NCBI GenBank assembly: GCA_031285625.1
Contig: JAITVV010000093.1
Span: 96,001 to 160,000, forward strand
Source of the DNA: Prevotella sp.
Lineage (GTDB): Bacteria > Bacteroidota > Bacteroidia > Bacteroidales > Dysgonomonadaceae
Reading direction: 5' to 3'
DNA: 64,000 nt
Shown: positions 48,704-59,472 of the stretch, in pieces
How the letters are laid out: every line of letters starts with the position of its first letter
Numbering within the stretch: position 1 is the stretch's first letter
Program-made: the position numbers and the translations under genes
Notes under the pieces: generated by a model
Told to the model about the DNA's origin: nothing
Databases searched by the model: none
The model's input: the letters and a program-made list of their open reading frames with translations, nothing else

Positions 48704-48868
48704 ATCGCTCTTATTATCGGATTAAATCTGTATATATCGTATTTCCAGAAATCAGTCTTCAAATTATAATAAAATCTGCGTTGTCTACATTTATTCCCTA
48801 TGATAAGCGTATTGTATCCCGCACAGAAAATCAGTAGAGCACAACCTGCAAGAGGCATAACCGATGAA
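48704..48868 (+). pseudogene. decayed C-terminal remnant of a type-B ABC permease
   Basis: One frame reads IALIIGLNLYISYFQKSVFKL**NLRCLHLFPMISVLYPAQKISRAQPARGITDE, resembling ISIIAVWYPSRKASNIQPAEALKDE at the end of 55214..56470. Confidence 0.65.
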
Positions 48869-50147
48869 AATAAGTTATTTTAAACAAGCAATAAGAACGA
48901 TTAAGGATAATCCTTATTCAGCATTTATATCCATTATAGGGGTCGCCTTATCTATTGGTCTTATCATATCATTATTAGTTGCCATACGGGCCAAAGTGAT
49001 GGATCTGGATCCTGAGAATAACCGTTCGCGCTCGCTATATGTAAAGTGGGTTGGAGTAAAAGAAAAGGAAACTAAAGATCATGTCGTTAATGGTTTTATG
49101 TCGTTAAAAACAATCAGGGAATGTTTTCAGTCCCTGAAAACACCTGAAGCTGTTACTGTATCGTCTTTTATCCATTCACATCTGGCAACATTACCCGGAG
49201 GAGGCAATCAGAAAAGGTGCTATGTTCTGTATACCGACGACATTTTCTGGAAAGTATTTGATTTCAAATTCACAGATGGAAAAGGGTATAATAAACAGGA
49301 GTTTGAATCGGGAATAAAAAAGATAGTTATAAGCAAACAATTGGCTCGTACAATCTTCGGTACTGCAGAGAATATAATAGGAAAACAAATGCAGTTGAAT
49401 TATATAACATATACAGTCTCTGGTATAGTCGAAGATCTTTCTCCTATAACTGTTGCTACCTATGCTCATGCATGGATACCTTATACCTCTGTACAACAAA
49501 GCCAAAGTTCGGATTCAGAAGGTATAACCGGCATGTATAAATGCCAGATCATAGCTAATTCTCCCAACGATTTCGAAGCTATACGTAAAGAAGTAGAACA
49601 ACAGGTCGATCGTTATAATACGACTTTAGTCAATTATAAAGTTGAATTCTATGGTCAACCGGATATCAGGTATGTAGAAGATCATCGCTTTGGTGCCGGT
49701 TATCCGGATATGAAAAGATCATATTTGTCCGATATAGGAATGATTCTCATTCTGTTATTAGTGCCTGCAATCAACTTGTCAGGGCTTACACTGTCACGAA
49801 TGAGAAAAAGAATAACAGAATTAGGTGTTAGAAAGGCCTATGGAGCAACAAAGACGACACTAATGGGACAAGTCATAAGTGAACAATTGGTATACTCTCT
49901 TATCGGGAGCGCTTTAGGATTGTTATTATCATTTATTACAGTTCACTTTATCAGTGATTATGGATTTAATCAAAATAACTATTTCGGCTTAGATATTAAA
50001 GGTGATTTTAATCCTGCAGTATTTATCACGCCTACGACATTTCTCCTGGCATTTATCTTTTGTCTCATTATTAACCTGCTATGTGCCGGAATTCCTGCAT
50101 GGAAAGTATCGTCTGTGCCTATAGTTGACTCATTAAAGGAGGAATAA
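48864..50147 (+). CDS. MacB/FtsX-like permease, type A1
   Basis: YFKQA N-terminus, LLVPAINL, RITELGVRKAYGA, GIPAWK. Confidence 0.9.
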   Translation: MKISYFKQAIRTIKDNPYSAFISIIGVALSIGLIISLLVAIRAKVMDLDPENNRSRSLYVKWVGVKEKETKDHVVNGFMSLKTIRECFQSLKTPEAVTVSSFIHSHLATLPGGGNQKRCYVLYTDDIFWKVFDFKFTDGKGYNKQEFESGIKKIVISKQLARTIFGTAENIIGKQMQLNYITYTVSGIVEDLSPITVATYAHAWIPYTSVQQSQSSDSEGITGMYKCQIIANSPNDFEAIRKEVEQQVDRYNTTLVNYKVEFYGQPDIRYVEDHRFGAGYPDMKRSYLSDIGMILILLLVPAINLSGLTLSRMRKRITELGVRKAYGATKTTLMGQVISEQLVYSLIGSALGLLLSFITVHFISDYGFNQNNYFGLDIKGDFNPAVFITPTTFLLAFIFCLIINLLCAGIPAWKVSSVPIVDSLKEE

Positions 50148-50149
50148 AT

Positions 50150-51403
50150 ATGCTGAAACAAATATTTATAATAATATTCAATCAACGTAAAAACAATTTC
50201 TGGATACTGTCCGAACTATTGTTTGTTGCGGTATGCCTTTGGTACATAGTTGACTATATGGGAATACTACAATCTATAAAGAATATCCCTTTGGGATATA
50301 ATATAGAGAATACATACCGTATCGATTTAAGTGAGCGTATAGAAGGTAGTGACAATTATATTTCTCCTACAGATAAAATAACTACCACAGGTGAAGACTT
50401 ATTGTCTATAGTGGAGATTATCCGGCAATATCCGGCAATAGAATCTGTAAGTCTATCCATTGCTTCACAACCTTATGCAGCAACTCCATATAGCCAGATA
50501 TTCTATAAAAAGTTACTTTGTGACACGATCGGTATTTCGGCTCAGGAATATAGGGTTACCCCATCATTTTTTGACGTATTTAAGACTCAATCTATTGACA
50601 GAAAAGATTTAAAACAAGCATTAAATATGCATTCCATCATCATATCTTCGAATACTGCAGCAGAACTTGTGGAAAATGATAATGTAATCGGTAAAACTAT
50701 AGTAATAGGAGAAAATGGTCCGGAAAAACAGATAACAGCACAGTATATTCCGGTTAGATGGACAGAATATTTTAAGGCTAATCTTTCATTTTATACCTTA
50801 TTATCAGAGGATGAAATTGCTAAGACGGTGAATCCGGATAACCTGTCACAAATAGAATTGTGTATAAGGGTGAAACCTAACATGGATCACGACTTTATCG
50901 ATACTTTCATCAAGGATATGGGAAGTAAGGTAATGATAGGTAATATTTATCTGATGGATGTACGCCCGACGTCTTACATTCGGAAAGGTGCTATAGGACC
51001 CGAAGAAAGTACCATATTCGTAAGAACCTTTCTTTTGGAGTTTTTATTGATCAACATATTTCTGGGAATATCAGGTGTATTTGGCTTACGAACTCAGCAA
51101 CGAAGGAGCGAATTGGGGTTACGCATAGCCTTGGGATCCCGTCGGACAGATTTACAACTATTGGTTATCGCAGAAGGGTTATTGTTGTTGACCGTAGTAA
51201 TGGTACCGGTTATTTTCATAGCGTTCAACTTTGGACTTTTTGAACTGGTTCATGTAGATTGGGTGGAATTTACCCCTATCCGTTTCATTTCCAGTATTTT
51301 TATCACATATATCATATTGGCATGTATCATTCTCATCGGAACATGGTACCCCGCTTATCGTACAACTCTTATCAATCCTGCAGAAGCACTACATAACCAA
51401 TAA
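50150..51403 (+). CDS. MacB/FtsX-like permease, type B1
   Basis: NFWILSEL, NIFLG, RRSELGLRIALG, WYPA...PAEAL. Confidence 0.9.
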   Translation: MLKQIFIIIFNQRKNNFWILSELLFVAVCLWYIVDYMGILQSIKNIPLGYNIENTYRIDLSERIEGSDNYISPTDKITTTGEDLLSIVEIIRQYPAIESVSLSIASQPYAATPYSQIFYKKLLCDTIGISAQEYRVTPSFFDVFKTQSIDRKDLKQALNMHSIIISSNTAAELVENDNVIGKTIVIGENGPEKQITAQYIPVRWTEYFKANLSFYTLLSEDEIAKTVNPDNLSQIELCIRVKPNMDHDFIDTFIKDMGSKVMIGNIYLMDVRPTSYIRKGAIGPEESTIFVRTFLLEFLLINIFLGISGVFGLRTQQRRSELGLRIALGSRRTDLQLLVIAEGLLLLTVVMVPVIFIAFNFGLFELVHVDWVEFTPIRFISSIFITYIILACIILIGTWYPAYRTTLINPAEALHNQ

Positions 51404-51417
51404 TACAAATTAAAATC

Positions 51418-52677
51418 ATGTATAAAACCTACCTCAAACAAGCTATTGAAATGCTGAAGCAAAATAAGTTTATCAGCATTATTACAATCATAGGCACAGC
51501 ACTTGCCATTATGATGATCATGGTGATTATAGTGACCGATTCTATAAAAACAACTAACATCCCACCTGAAATAAATAGGGATAGAACCCTGTATATTTTA
51601 CGTGAATGGACAAAAAGAAAGGATGGAAAAGGGAATAGTCAAAACGGGACCATTAGCTATAAGGTATATAAAACATATATATCTGAGATGAAAGTACCTG
51701 AACTACATTCTGCTATAGCCATGGAATGGGAAAAAAGTGTCATAACATCTCCTGAAAACGAAATGGAACGTGTGCCTATGGATTTAAAGCCAATAGATGC
51801 AAATTATTGGAAAATTATGTCTTTTTCCTTCGTTAGTGGAAAGCCTTTTACACAAGAAGATTTTGATTCGGGACTAAAAAAAGCTGTTATAACAGAAAAT
51901 ACTTCAAAAACATTATTTGGTACTCAGAATGCTCTGGGCAAAACAATAAATATAAATTTCATACCATACACAGTAGTTGGAATTATAAAGGATGTATCAC
52001 CTATATTTCATTACGCTTATTCTAACGTATATATTCCGTATACTTCGCGTGAGGCATATGAAAGTAACTGGTTTCGTATTATGGCTTTAGCTAAGAATAA
52101 ACAGGATTTTGGCTTGATAGATAATGAAATCAGAGCCATGGAACGAAAATTTAATTCTGTTGACACAGAATGGGATCTGGAATTAAAAGGACCATATGAT
52201 CACTCGGCACAAGAAATATCCAGAAATTCAGAAGAAGACCCGGATATGAAAAGCCAGTTAAGAAAAACGATATTTATATTATGTATTCTTTTACTAGTTC
52301 CGGCAATCAATCTATCTAGTTTCAGCCTTTCGCGTATAAAAAAACGGAGAGAAGAGATAGGTATTAGAAAAGCATTTGGCGCAAAAAAATATGTTATACT
52401 TATTCAGGTACTCTACGAAAATTTGATCACTTCGCTTATTGGAGGTATAATTGGACTCCTGTTATCATATGCTGTTGTTATATGGCTTAAACAATGGTTG
52501 TTAGGCATAAACTCCGACAGCATTGTACCATTAGAAGCATTTATATCGTTGCCTATCTTTATTGCTGTATTTATTGTTTGTATACTACTTAACTTACTTT
52601 CGGCGGGAATCCCTGCTTACAAAGCATCCAAAGTAAAAATTATAGATTCACTTAACCAAAATAACGAAAAATCATGA
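51418..52677 (+). CDS. MacB/FtsX-like permease, type A2
   Basis: MYKTYLKQA, LLVPAINL, RREEIGIRKAFGA, GIPAYK. Confidence 0.9.
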   Translation: MYKTYLKQAIEMLKQNKFISIITIIGTALAIMMIMVIIVTDSIKTTNIPPEINRDRTLYILREWTKRKDGKGNSQNGTISYKVYKTYISEMKVPELHSAIAMEWEKSVITSPENEMERVPMDLKPIDANYWKIMSFSFVSGKPFTQEDFDSGLKKAVITENTSKTLFGTQNALGKTININFIPYTVVGIIKDVSPIFHYAYSNVYIPYTSREAYESNWFRIMALAKNKQDFGLIDNEIRAMERKFNSVDTEWDLELKGPYDHSAQEISRNSEEDPDMKSQLRKTIFILCILLLVPAINLSSFSLSRIKKRREEIGIRKAFGAKKYVILIQVLYENLITSLIGGIIGLLLSYAVVIWLKQWLLGINSDSIVPLEAFISLPIFIAVFIVCILLNLLSAGIPAYKASKVKIIDSLNQNNEKS

Positions 52678-53927
52678 TAAAGCATATATTAAAAATAATC
52701 TGGACAGAGCGCAAGGTGAACGCATGGATTCTTTTAGAACTTATTCTCGTATTTTGCATATTATGGTTTTGTGCCGATTATATGCTTTATATAGGTAAAA
52801 AATATATCGAACCCAGAGGATTTGATATCACACATACTTACAAGGTAGGAATAAACCTGAAGGAAGAAGGACGCAAAATCGCGAGTTTCGGGACTGACGA
52901 GGAAAAGAAACAAATGCTTGACCATCTTTGGACTATATATGACAGAGTAAAACAATATCCCGCGATAGAAAATGTCAGTTATTCTTTTTCTGCCGCGCCC
53001 TATTCAGGCTCCTGGTCTTCGGGAGACTTCACCATGGACTCTGTTGTTGTACCGCATCGACGCAAAACGGTATCCCCCGGTTTTTTTGAGGTTTTCGACA
53101 TTAAAATCATTCACGGAAAGGCTTTTACTTTTGATAATATAATTGCGGAAAACCCAGCTATGATAGGCCCCGGGGCCAACAATATGTTTGGCCCGAGAAA
53201 ACCAGAGAATGTAGACTATGCAAAATACTCCGAAGAATATAAATATAAAATCATTGGGGTAGCAAATAAGGTGAAAAAGAGCGAGTACGAGAATTATGAA
53301 CAAATATTATATTTCCCTCTAAAAAAAGATAATATGAATATTCTTGATTACCGGGAAATGTGTATTAGAGTAAAACCTGAAGCCGATAAAAATTTCGTAG
53401 AACAATTTAAAAAGGATATGACAAGACAACTGGAGATTGAACATTATTTCTTATCATCTATCACACCACTCGAAAATGACAGGGAAATCCATATGGACTG
53501 GAACGGTTATTCAAACAATTTTAAAAGTATATATTCTGTTTCCGCCTTCCTTATTATAAATATCTTTTTGGGGGTAATAGGCACATTCTGGTTCAGAATA
53601 CAATCACGCAGAAATGAGATAGGACTCCGGATAGCTTTGGGTGCAACGAAGAAAAATATAAAACGGATATTTATAAGTGAAACTCTCCTTCTGTTATTTC
53701 TGGCTAGTATTATCGCTACGATATTTTGCATAAACATAAGCATATCTGATATCTTAAAAGATATAGGAGTACCAGTTATCGACAAAGATGAGAGTTCTGT
53801 TATTTCACAATTGACAAACTATATAGCGACTTTCGCATTCCTTGCCATTATTGCCTTCATTGCAGTATGGTATCCCGCAATGAAGGCTTCGAAGATACAA
53901 CCAGCAGAAACATTGAGAGCAGAATAA
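52674..53927 (+). CDS. MacB/FtsX-like permease, type B2
   Basis: NAWILLEL, NIFLG, RRNEIGLRIALG, WYPA...PAETL. Confidence 0.9.
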   Translation: MIKHILKIIWTERKVNAWILLELILVFCILWFCADYMLYIGKKYIEPRGFDITHTYKVGINLKEEGRKIASFGTDEEKKQMLDHLWTIYDRVKQYPAIENVSYSFSAAPYSGSWSSGDFTMDSVVVPHRRKTVSPGFFEVFDIKIIHGKAFTFDNIIAENPAMIGPGANNMFGPRKPENVDYAKYSEEYKYKIIGVANKVKKSEYENYEQILYFPLKKDNMNILDYREMCIRVKPEADKNFVEQFKKDMTRQLEIEHYFLSSITPLENDREIHMDWNGYSNNFKSIYSVSAFLIINIFLGVIGTFWFRIQSRRNEIGLRIALGATKKNIKRIFISETLLLLFLASIIATIFCINISISDILKDIGVPVIDKDESSVISQLTNYIATFAFLAIIAFIAVWYPAMKASKIQPAETLRAE

Positions 53928-53949
53928 CTATTGAAAAAACAGTTGAACT

Positions 53950-55209
53950 ATGTATAAAATCTATTTAAAGCAAGCTGTAAAAATGCTGAAACAAAATAAG
54001 TTTATCAGTATTGTTACCATCACTGGTACAGCTTTGGCTATTATGATGATTATGGTCATTGTTGTCACCGACGCTATCAAGAATGTTGATATTGCTCCCG
54101 AAATAAACAGGAATAATACTTTTTATGTAAAACGTTATACAAAAAAGCATAAAGATGAGTCGAAACGCGGTATGTGGCAAAGTACTCCAGATTATAACCT
54201 ATATAAAAATTATTTGTCCGGATTCAAAACACCGGAATATACTACTGCCGTAGATAAAGCCTGGAGTGGCAACAGATATATGATTAAAAAAGATAATGCA
54301 GATGAGCGTTTCCTTGCCGAAATAAGGATGGTTGATGCTGCTTACTGGAAAGTTATGTCTTTCTCCTTTGTTGAAGGCAAAGCATTTACTGAAGAAGACT
54401 TTGCATCAGGCATACGAAATGTCGTTATCTCCGAAAACCTGGCAAAGAAAGTATTTGGTAATAAGGAAGCTCTGGGTAAAAGTATGGAGTTAGACTTTAA
54501 TACATACAAGGTGGTTGGCATTGTAAAAAATGTATCTCAAACTTTCACCTACGGATATGGAGAGGCGTACATACCTTATACATCAAAGAACGGGTATGAA
54601 AACCGGAGTTATCATATATTATATCTACTGAAGGACAAGAAAGACATAGTGTCCCTGATAGAAGAAATCGAAATAGGACAACGTAAATTTGACAGTGCTG
54701 ACAGTGAATGGAATATAACCTTTCACGGGCCCAACAGCCACAGACAGACTTTGATGAATGAAACCCGGGATATGAAGCCTGACGAAAAGACTACGAACAG
54801 GAAGATGATATTTATTTTTTGTGTTTTGCTCCTTATCCCTGCGGTCAACCTGTCCAGCTTCAGTATGTCACAGATAAAAAGACGGATAGAAGAAATCGGT
54901 GTGAGGAAAGCTTTTGGAGCTAAAAAGTATATTATCCTCATTCAGATTTTATTCGAAAACCTTATTACCACTTGTGTCGGTGGAATTATCGGGCTGGTAC
55001 TATCCTATTTTATAGTCCTATGGCTCAAAGAATGGCTTCTTGACATTGGGACTGAAAGCACCATACCGATACATGCCTTGATGTCATTCCCGGTGTTATT
55101 AGGTGTATTTGCAGCTTGCTTTATTCTCAATCTCCTGTCGGCGGGAATACCTGCATATAGGGCATCTAAAGCGAACATAGTTGATTCTATTAATAAGAAA
55201 AACATGTAA
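53950..55209 (+). CDS. MacB/FtsX-like permease, type A3
   Basis: MYKIYLKQA, LLIPAVNL, RIEEIGVRKAFGA, GIPAYR. Confidence 0.9.
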   Translation: MYKIYLKQAVKMLKQNKFISIVTITGTALAIMMIMVIVVTDAIKNVDIAPEINRNNTFYVKRYTKKHKDESKRGMWQSTPDYNLYKNYLSGFKTPEYTTAVDKAWSGNRYMIKKDNADERFLAEIRMVDAAYWKVMSFSFVEGKAFTEEDFASGIRNVVISENLAKKVFGNKEALGKSMELDFNTYKVVGIVKNVSQTFTYGYGEAYIPYTSKNGYENRSYHILYLLKDKKDIVSLIEEIEIGQRKFDSADSEWNITFHGPNSHRQTLMNETRDMKPDEKTTNRKMIFIFCVLLLIPAVNLSSFSMSQIKRRIEEIGVRKAFGAKKYIILIQILFENLITTCVGGIIGLVLSYFIVLWLKEWLLDIGTESTIPIHALMSFPVLLGVFAACFILNLLSAGIPAYRASKANIVDSINKKNM

Positions 55210-55213
55210 TACC

Positions 55214-56470
55214 ATGATACGACAGATCTTTAAAATAATATGGACAGAGCGAAGAATCAATATCTGGATATTATTTGAGCTTATATTAGTTTTTTGCATT
55301 CTTTGGTTTTGTGTAGATTATATCTATTTCTTTACAAAACGGTATCTGGAACCTACAGGCTATAATATCGAGCATGTTTATAGTGTCAATTTGGGAATAA
55401 AGGAAGAGGGAAATGTAATAATAAATAATGGCAGTGATGCACAAAAAGATTCTTTGCTAAATACTGTATGGACAATCATGGATCGTATAAAGACATATCC
55501 GGATGTTAAATATGCAAGCTTAGCATTTGATGCAATTCCTTATTCCGGAAATTATAGAAATAATTCTTTTACAATAGATTCCGTAGCGGAGTATATACAA
55601 ATCAAAACAGTTGCTCCTGATTTTTTTTATGTTTTCGATATTAATATACTGCAAGGGAACATACCTGAGTGGAACAATCCTGATGATATAGTCATTAGTG
55701 GCACCCGTGATAATATGTTTCTGAAGAAAGATGTCAGACAAATAAAAACGCTTGACTTTGAAGGAGAAAAGAAGAAAGTGATTGGAGCGGTAGAATCTTC
55801 AAAAAGAAGTGAGTTTAATAATAGTGACCCTATAATTTACATACTATTACCCAGAAATAATGTTGAGGCCATCAATATGGAAGGTTATTCCCAAATATGT
55901 GTACGGGTAAAGGCTGAAGCAGACAAAAATTTTATTGAGAGGTTTACGAAGGATATGCAAAATCAAATAGCAGTAGACCCCTATTTCTTATCATCCGTAA
56001 CCTCCATTGACGACATAAGAAAAGATTATATAAAATGGACTGGTTATGATAGCAATTTTAAAAGTATTTTTTCTATATCGGCATTCCTGTTGATTAATAT
56101 TTTTCTGGCGGTAGTTGGTACTTTCTGGTTTCGTACACAAACACGCCGCAGCGAAATAGGATTGCGTATAGCATTAGGCTCGTCACGGGTGAATGTTCAG
56201 ACAATATTCATTATCGAAACCATATTGCTGATATTCTTTGCCAGCATTATAGCCACAATAATCAGTGTAAATGTAGCTCTGGCGGATGTTCTTAAAGATA
56301 TAGGAATTCCGGTAGTAGAAAGAGGCGAAGATGAAATACGGCTTGGTCAGTATCTCATTAATTATTGCATTACATTTTTCATATTGGTTACTATTTCAAT
56401 AATCGCAGTGTGGTATCCATCACGCAAAGCATCCAATATACAGCCGGCTGAAGCATTAAAAGACGAATAA
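55214..56470 (+). CDS. MacB/FtsX-like permease, type B3
   Basis: MIRQIFKIIWTER start at 55214, NIFLA, RRSEIGLRIALG, WYPS...PAEAL. Confidence 0.9.
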   Translation: MIRQIFKIIWTERRINIWILFELILVFCILWFCVDYIYFFTKRYLEPTGYNIEHVYSVNLGIKEEGNVIINNGSDAQKDSLLNTVWTIMDRIKTYPDVKYASLAFDAIPYSGNYRNNSFTIDSVAEYIQIKTVAPDFFYVFDINILQGNIPEWNNPDDIVISGTRDNMFLKKDVRQIKTLDFEGEKKKVIGAVESSKRSEFNNSDPIIYILLPRNNVEAINMEGYSQICVRVKAEADKNFIERFTKDMQNQIAVDPYFLSSVTSIDDIRKDYIKWTGYDSNFKSIFSISAFLLINIFLAVVGTFWFRTQTRRSEIGLRIALGSSRVNVQTIFIIETILLIFFASIIATIISVNVALADVLKDIGIPVVERGEDEIRLGQYLINYCITFFILVTISIIAVWYPSRKASNIQPAEALKDE

Positions 56471-56483
56471 AAAACTAAATGAT

Positions 56484-57965
56484 ATGAAAAAGATCCTAAC
56501 AACAATAATACTATCTATTTGTTTGTCTACTAGCTATGCACAAGACACAATTATAGTAAGCCTGAGCGACGCTATTCAACGCAGTGCTTCAATTTCAGTA
56601 GATGCTGTTGTTGCCCGTAATGAATATAAATCAAGTTACTGGGGGTATAAGACATATAAGGCTGAATTGTTGCCTGAGGTAACATTAAACACGACCCTAC
56701 CCTATTATTCCAAATCTTACAATTCTTTTCAAAATTCCGATGGATCTTATACTTTTGTCAGTAATGACTATAGTAAGATAGATGCAGGAATATCCATATC
56801 ACAGAATATACCATTAACTGGTGGTATCCTATCTGTAGAAAGCAGTTTTCAACGGCTACAGCAATATGGAGATAATGGTTCTACTCGTTATATGTCGATA
56901 CCGGGCTCTATCACACTCACCCAACCAATCTTCGGGTTTAACCGTGTAAAATGGTTACAGAAGATAGAACCTGTCAAATTTCAGGAAGCAAAACAGCAGG
57001 TGATTGCTAATATGGAAGAAGTATCGAATACAGCTATACAATATTATTTTAATTTATTGTTAGGGCAAATTAATATGGAAATAGCACAGCAAAATCTCAA
57101 AAATTCAGAAAAGCTATATACAATCGCCGAAGCTAAACGTAAAATTGGACAAATATCCGAGAATGATCTGCTTCAATTGAAGATTTCTCTTCTTAAAGCA
57201 GAATCATACCTTACTGATGCACAATCATCTTTAAACTCACGGATGTTTCAGTTGCGCTCATTTCTTGGTTATGGAGAAGATATTATTTTAAAACCATTTA
57301 TACCTGAAACATTATCGCAAAATATACCGACACTATCATACCCTCAGGTAATAGGTCTTGCTCGTGAAAATAATCCATTTACTCAGAATATCCAGAAAAG
57401 AATGCTCGAAGCCTCACGTGATGTAAGCCAGGCAAAAGCAGACAGATGGAATGCTGAACTTTTCGTTTCATTCGGTATGTCAGGACAAGAAGATACTTTT
57501 TCCAAAGCATTTAATTCCAATAATTTAAGAAGTAATCAGATTGTGCAGATTGGAGTAAAAATTCCAATACTCGACTGGGGTAAGAGCAAGGGTAAGGTTA
57601 AAATAGCAGAAGCAAACAGAGAGGTTGAGAATTCAAAGATAGAAAAAGAACAGATGGATTTTAATCAAAATATCTATCTCCGTGTGCAGAACTTCAACAA
57701 CCAGTCTAAACAGTTGGAATTGGCTAAAGAAACCGATATTATAGCTCAGCAAAGATACAATACTTCTATTGAAGCCTTTGTTTTAGGTAAAATAGATGTA
57801 TTAAACCTGAATGACTCTCAAACCTCGAAAGATGAAGCCAGACGCAATTATATTGAACAAATGTATTTACTTTGGTCTTATTACTATCAGATACGAAGTC
57901 TGACTCTTTATGATTTCATAAATAATAAAGAAATCTCAGTTAATTACGAAAATATTGTTGATTGA
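56484..57965 (+). CDS. TolC family outer-membrane channel
   Basis: Signal peptide; LLPEVTL, QPIFG, IPILDWG, IRSLTLYDF. Confidence 0.9.
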   Translation: MKKILTTIILSICLSTSYAQDTIIVSLSDAIQRSASISVDAVVARNEYKSSYWGYKTYKAELLPEVTLNTTLPYYSKSYNSFQNSDGSYTFVSNDYSKIDAGISISQNIPLTGGILSVESSFQRLQQYGDNGSTRYMSIPGSITLTQPIFGFNRVKWLQKIEPVKFQEAKQQVIANMEEVSNTAIQYYFNLLLGQINMEIAQQNLKNSEKLYTIAEAKRKIGQISENDLLQLKISLLKAESYLTDAQSSLNSRMFQLRSFLGYGEDIILKPFIPETLSQNIPTLSYPQVIGLARENNPFTQNIQKRMLEASRDVSQAKADRWNAELFVSFGMSGQEDTFSKAFNSNNLRSNQIVQIGVKIPILDWGKSKGKVKIAEANREVENSKIEKEQMDFNQNIYLRVQNFNNQSKQLELAKETDIIAQQRYNTSIEAFVLGKIDVLNLNDSQTSKDEARRNYIEQMYLLWSYYYQIRSLTLYDFINNKEISVNYENIVD

Positions 57966-58038
57966 GGATTAGACTTTGTTAAGGAACTACAATTATGATA
58001 ACATATTGGTAGCAAAAGAACAGGAAAATCACTACTTT

Positions 58039-58099
58039 TAAGGTCTCAGGTCCATTTATTGTTGTTTGATAATAACGATATACTTACTGTTACTTATTA
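58039..58099. repeat. bipartite dispersed intergenic element, copy B
   Basis: TAAGGTCTCAG-N4-ATTTATT-N19-ATACTTACTGTTACTTATTA. Confidence 0.65.
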
Positions 58100-58115
58100 T
58101 TAAAAAAGAAAATGT

Positions 58116-59468
58116 ATGATACTCATTTGCGACGATGATGCCGCCATACGGTCTTCACTAAGTCTGGTACTAAAGCGTGCAGGATACGAAACAGCCAGTG
58201 TTTCCACACCACTTGAAGCGATCAATTTTATAAAAAATATATCACCAGATCTTATTCTCATGGATATGAATTATACCAAAGGGACAAGTGGAGAGGAAGG
58301 GCTTACATTATTGCGACAAGTAAAGATATACCGTCCTGAGGTACCTGTAATTCTCATAACGGCATGGGGCTCTATCAATCTGGCTGTGAGAGGCATTCAG
58401 GCTGGAGCTTTCGATTTTATAACAAAGCCTTGGAGCAATATGGCTCTAATAAATACGATACAAACTGCTTTAGAGCTTAAAGAAGATAGAGGTACCGAAA
58501 CTGAGCAAACTAAAAATACTGATTTTCACTATGATAAAATAATCGGCAAATCACCTTTATTACAAAATGTTTTCAATACAATATCCCGCATAGCTAAAAC
58601 GAATGCATCAGTATTAATTACAGGCGAAAGTGGTACTGGAAAAGAGTTAATCGCAGAGGCGGTACATGAAAACAGTAATCGAAAGAAAGCACCTTTTGTA
58701 AAAGTGAATCTAGGTGGCATATCACAGTCATTGTTCGAAAGCGAAATGTTCGGACACAAGAAAGGAGCATTCACAGACGCACACTACGACCGGATAGGTC
58801 GCTTCGAATTAGCAAATAAAGGAAGTATCTTTCTGGATGAGATTGGAGAACTGGATGCAGCCTGTCAGGTAAAGCTATTAAGAGTATTGCAAGACAAAAC
58901 ATTTGAATCATTAGGGGACAGCAAACAAAAACAAGTCGATATACGGGTTATTAGTGCTACCAACAGAAGTCTTGCTGAAATGGTATCAAAAGGATCTTTT
59001 CGTGAAGACTTATTTTACCGTATCAACCTTATTACAATACGTGTGCCGGCTCTGCGCGAACGAATTGATGATATACCTTTACTAGTAAACCATTTTGCAA
59101 AAAAACAAGCCGAGATAAATGGTTTGAATAATATTGAATTTACATCCGAAGCACTTGCCTTCTTGAAAAGACTGCCTTATCCGGGAAATATCAGAGAACT
59201 AAAGAATTTGGTAGACAGAGTTATTTTAGTATCCGGAAAAGAACTGATAACAGATGTAGATTTTAAAGATCAATATACAGAAATACCAAATTCTTCTATA
59301 CCTTTATCTGACTCTATCTATCCATTAGATGAACTTGAAAGAAATATGATCGTAAAAGCAATGGAGTTATATGGGGGAAACCTGTCAAAAGTAGCAACGG
59401 CGCTTGGCGTTAGCAGGCAAGCCTTATACAGACGACTTGAGAAATATGGTATGAGTACAAACGAATGA
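58116..59468 (+). CDS. sigma-54-dependent response regulator (NtrC/AtoC family)
   Basis: Receiver domain, GESGTGKE, ESEMFGH, GAFTDA, FLDEIG, YPGNIREL, Fis-type HTH. Confidence 0.95.
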   Translation: MILICDDDAAIRSSLSLVLKRAGYETASVSTPLEAINFIKNISPDLILMDMNYTKGTSGEEGLTLLRQVKIYRPEVPVILITAWGSINLAVRGIQAGAFDFITKPWSNMALINTIQTALELKEDRGTETEQTKNTDFHYDKIIGKSPLLQNVFNTISRIAKTNASVLITGESGTGKELIAEAVHENSNRKKAPFVKVNLGGISQSLFESEMFGHKKGAFTDAHYDRIGRFELANKGSIFLDEIGELDAACQVKLLRVLQDKTFESLGDSKQKQVDIRVISATNRSLAEMVSKGSFREDLFYRINLITIRVPALRERIDDIPLLVNHFAKKQAEINGLNNIEFTSEALAFLKRLPYPGNIRELKNLVDRVILVSGKELITDVDFKDQYTEIPNSSIPLSDSIYPLDELERNMIVKAMELYGGNLSKVATALGVSRQALYRRLEKYGMSTNE

Positions 59469-59472
59469 AACA

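Noticed and set aside
51418-56470. Assembly artefact duplicating permeases
   Set aside because: Paralogues differ at many synonymous sites and throughout the periplasmic domains, consistent with real, older duplication.
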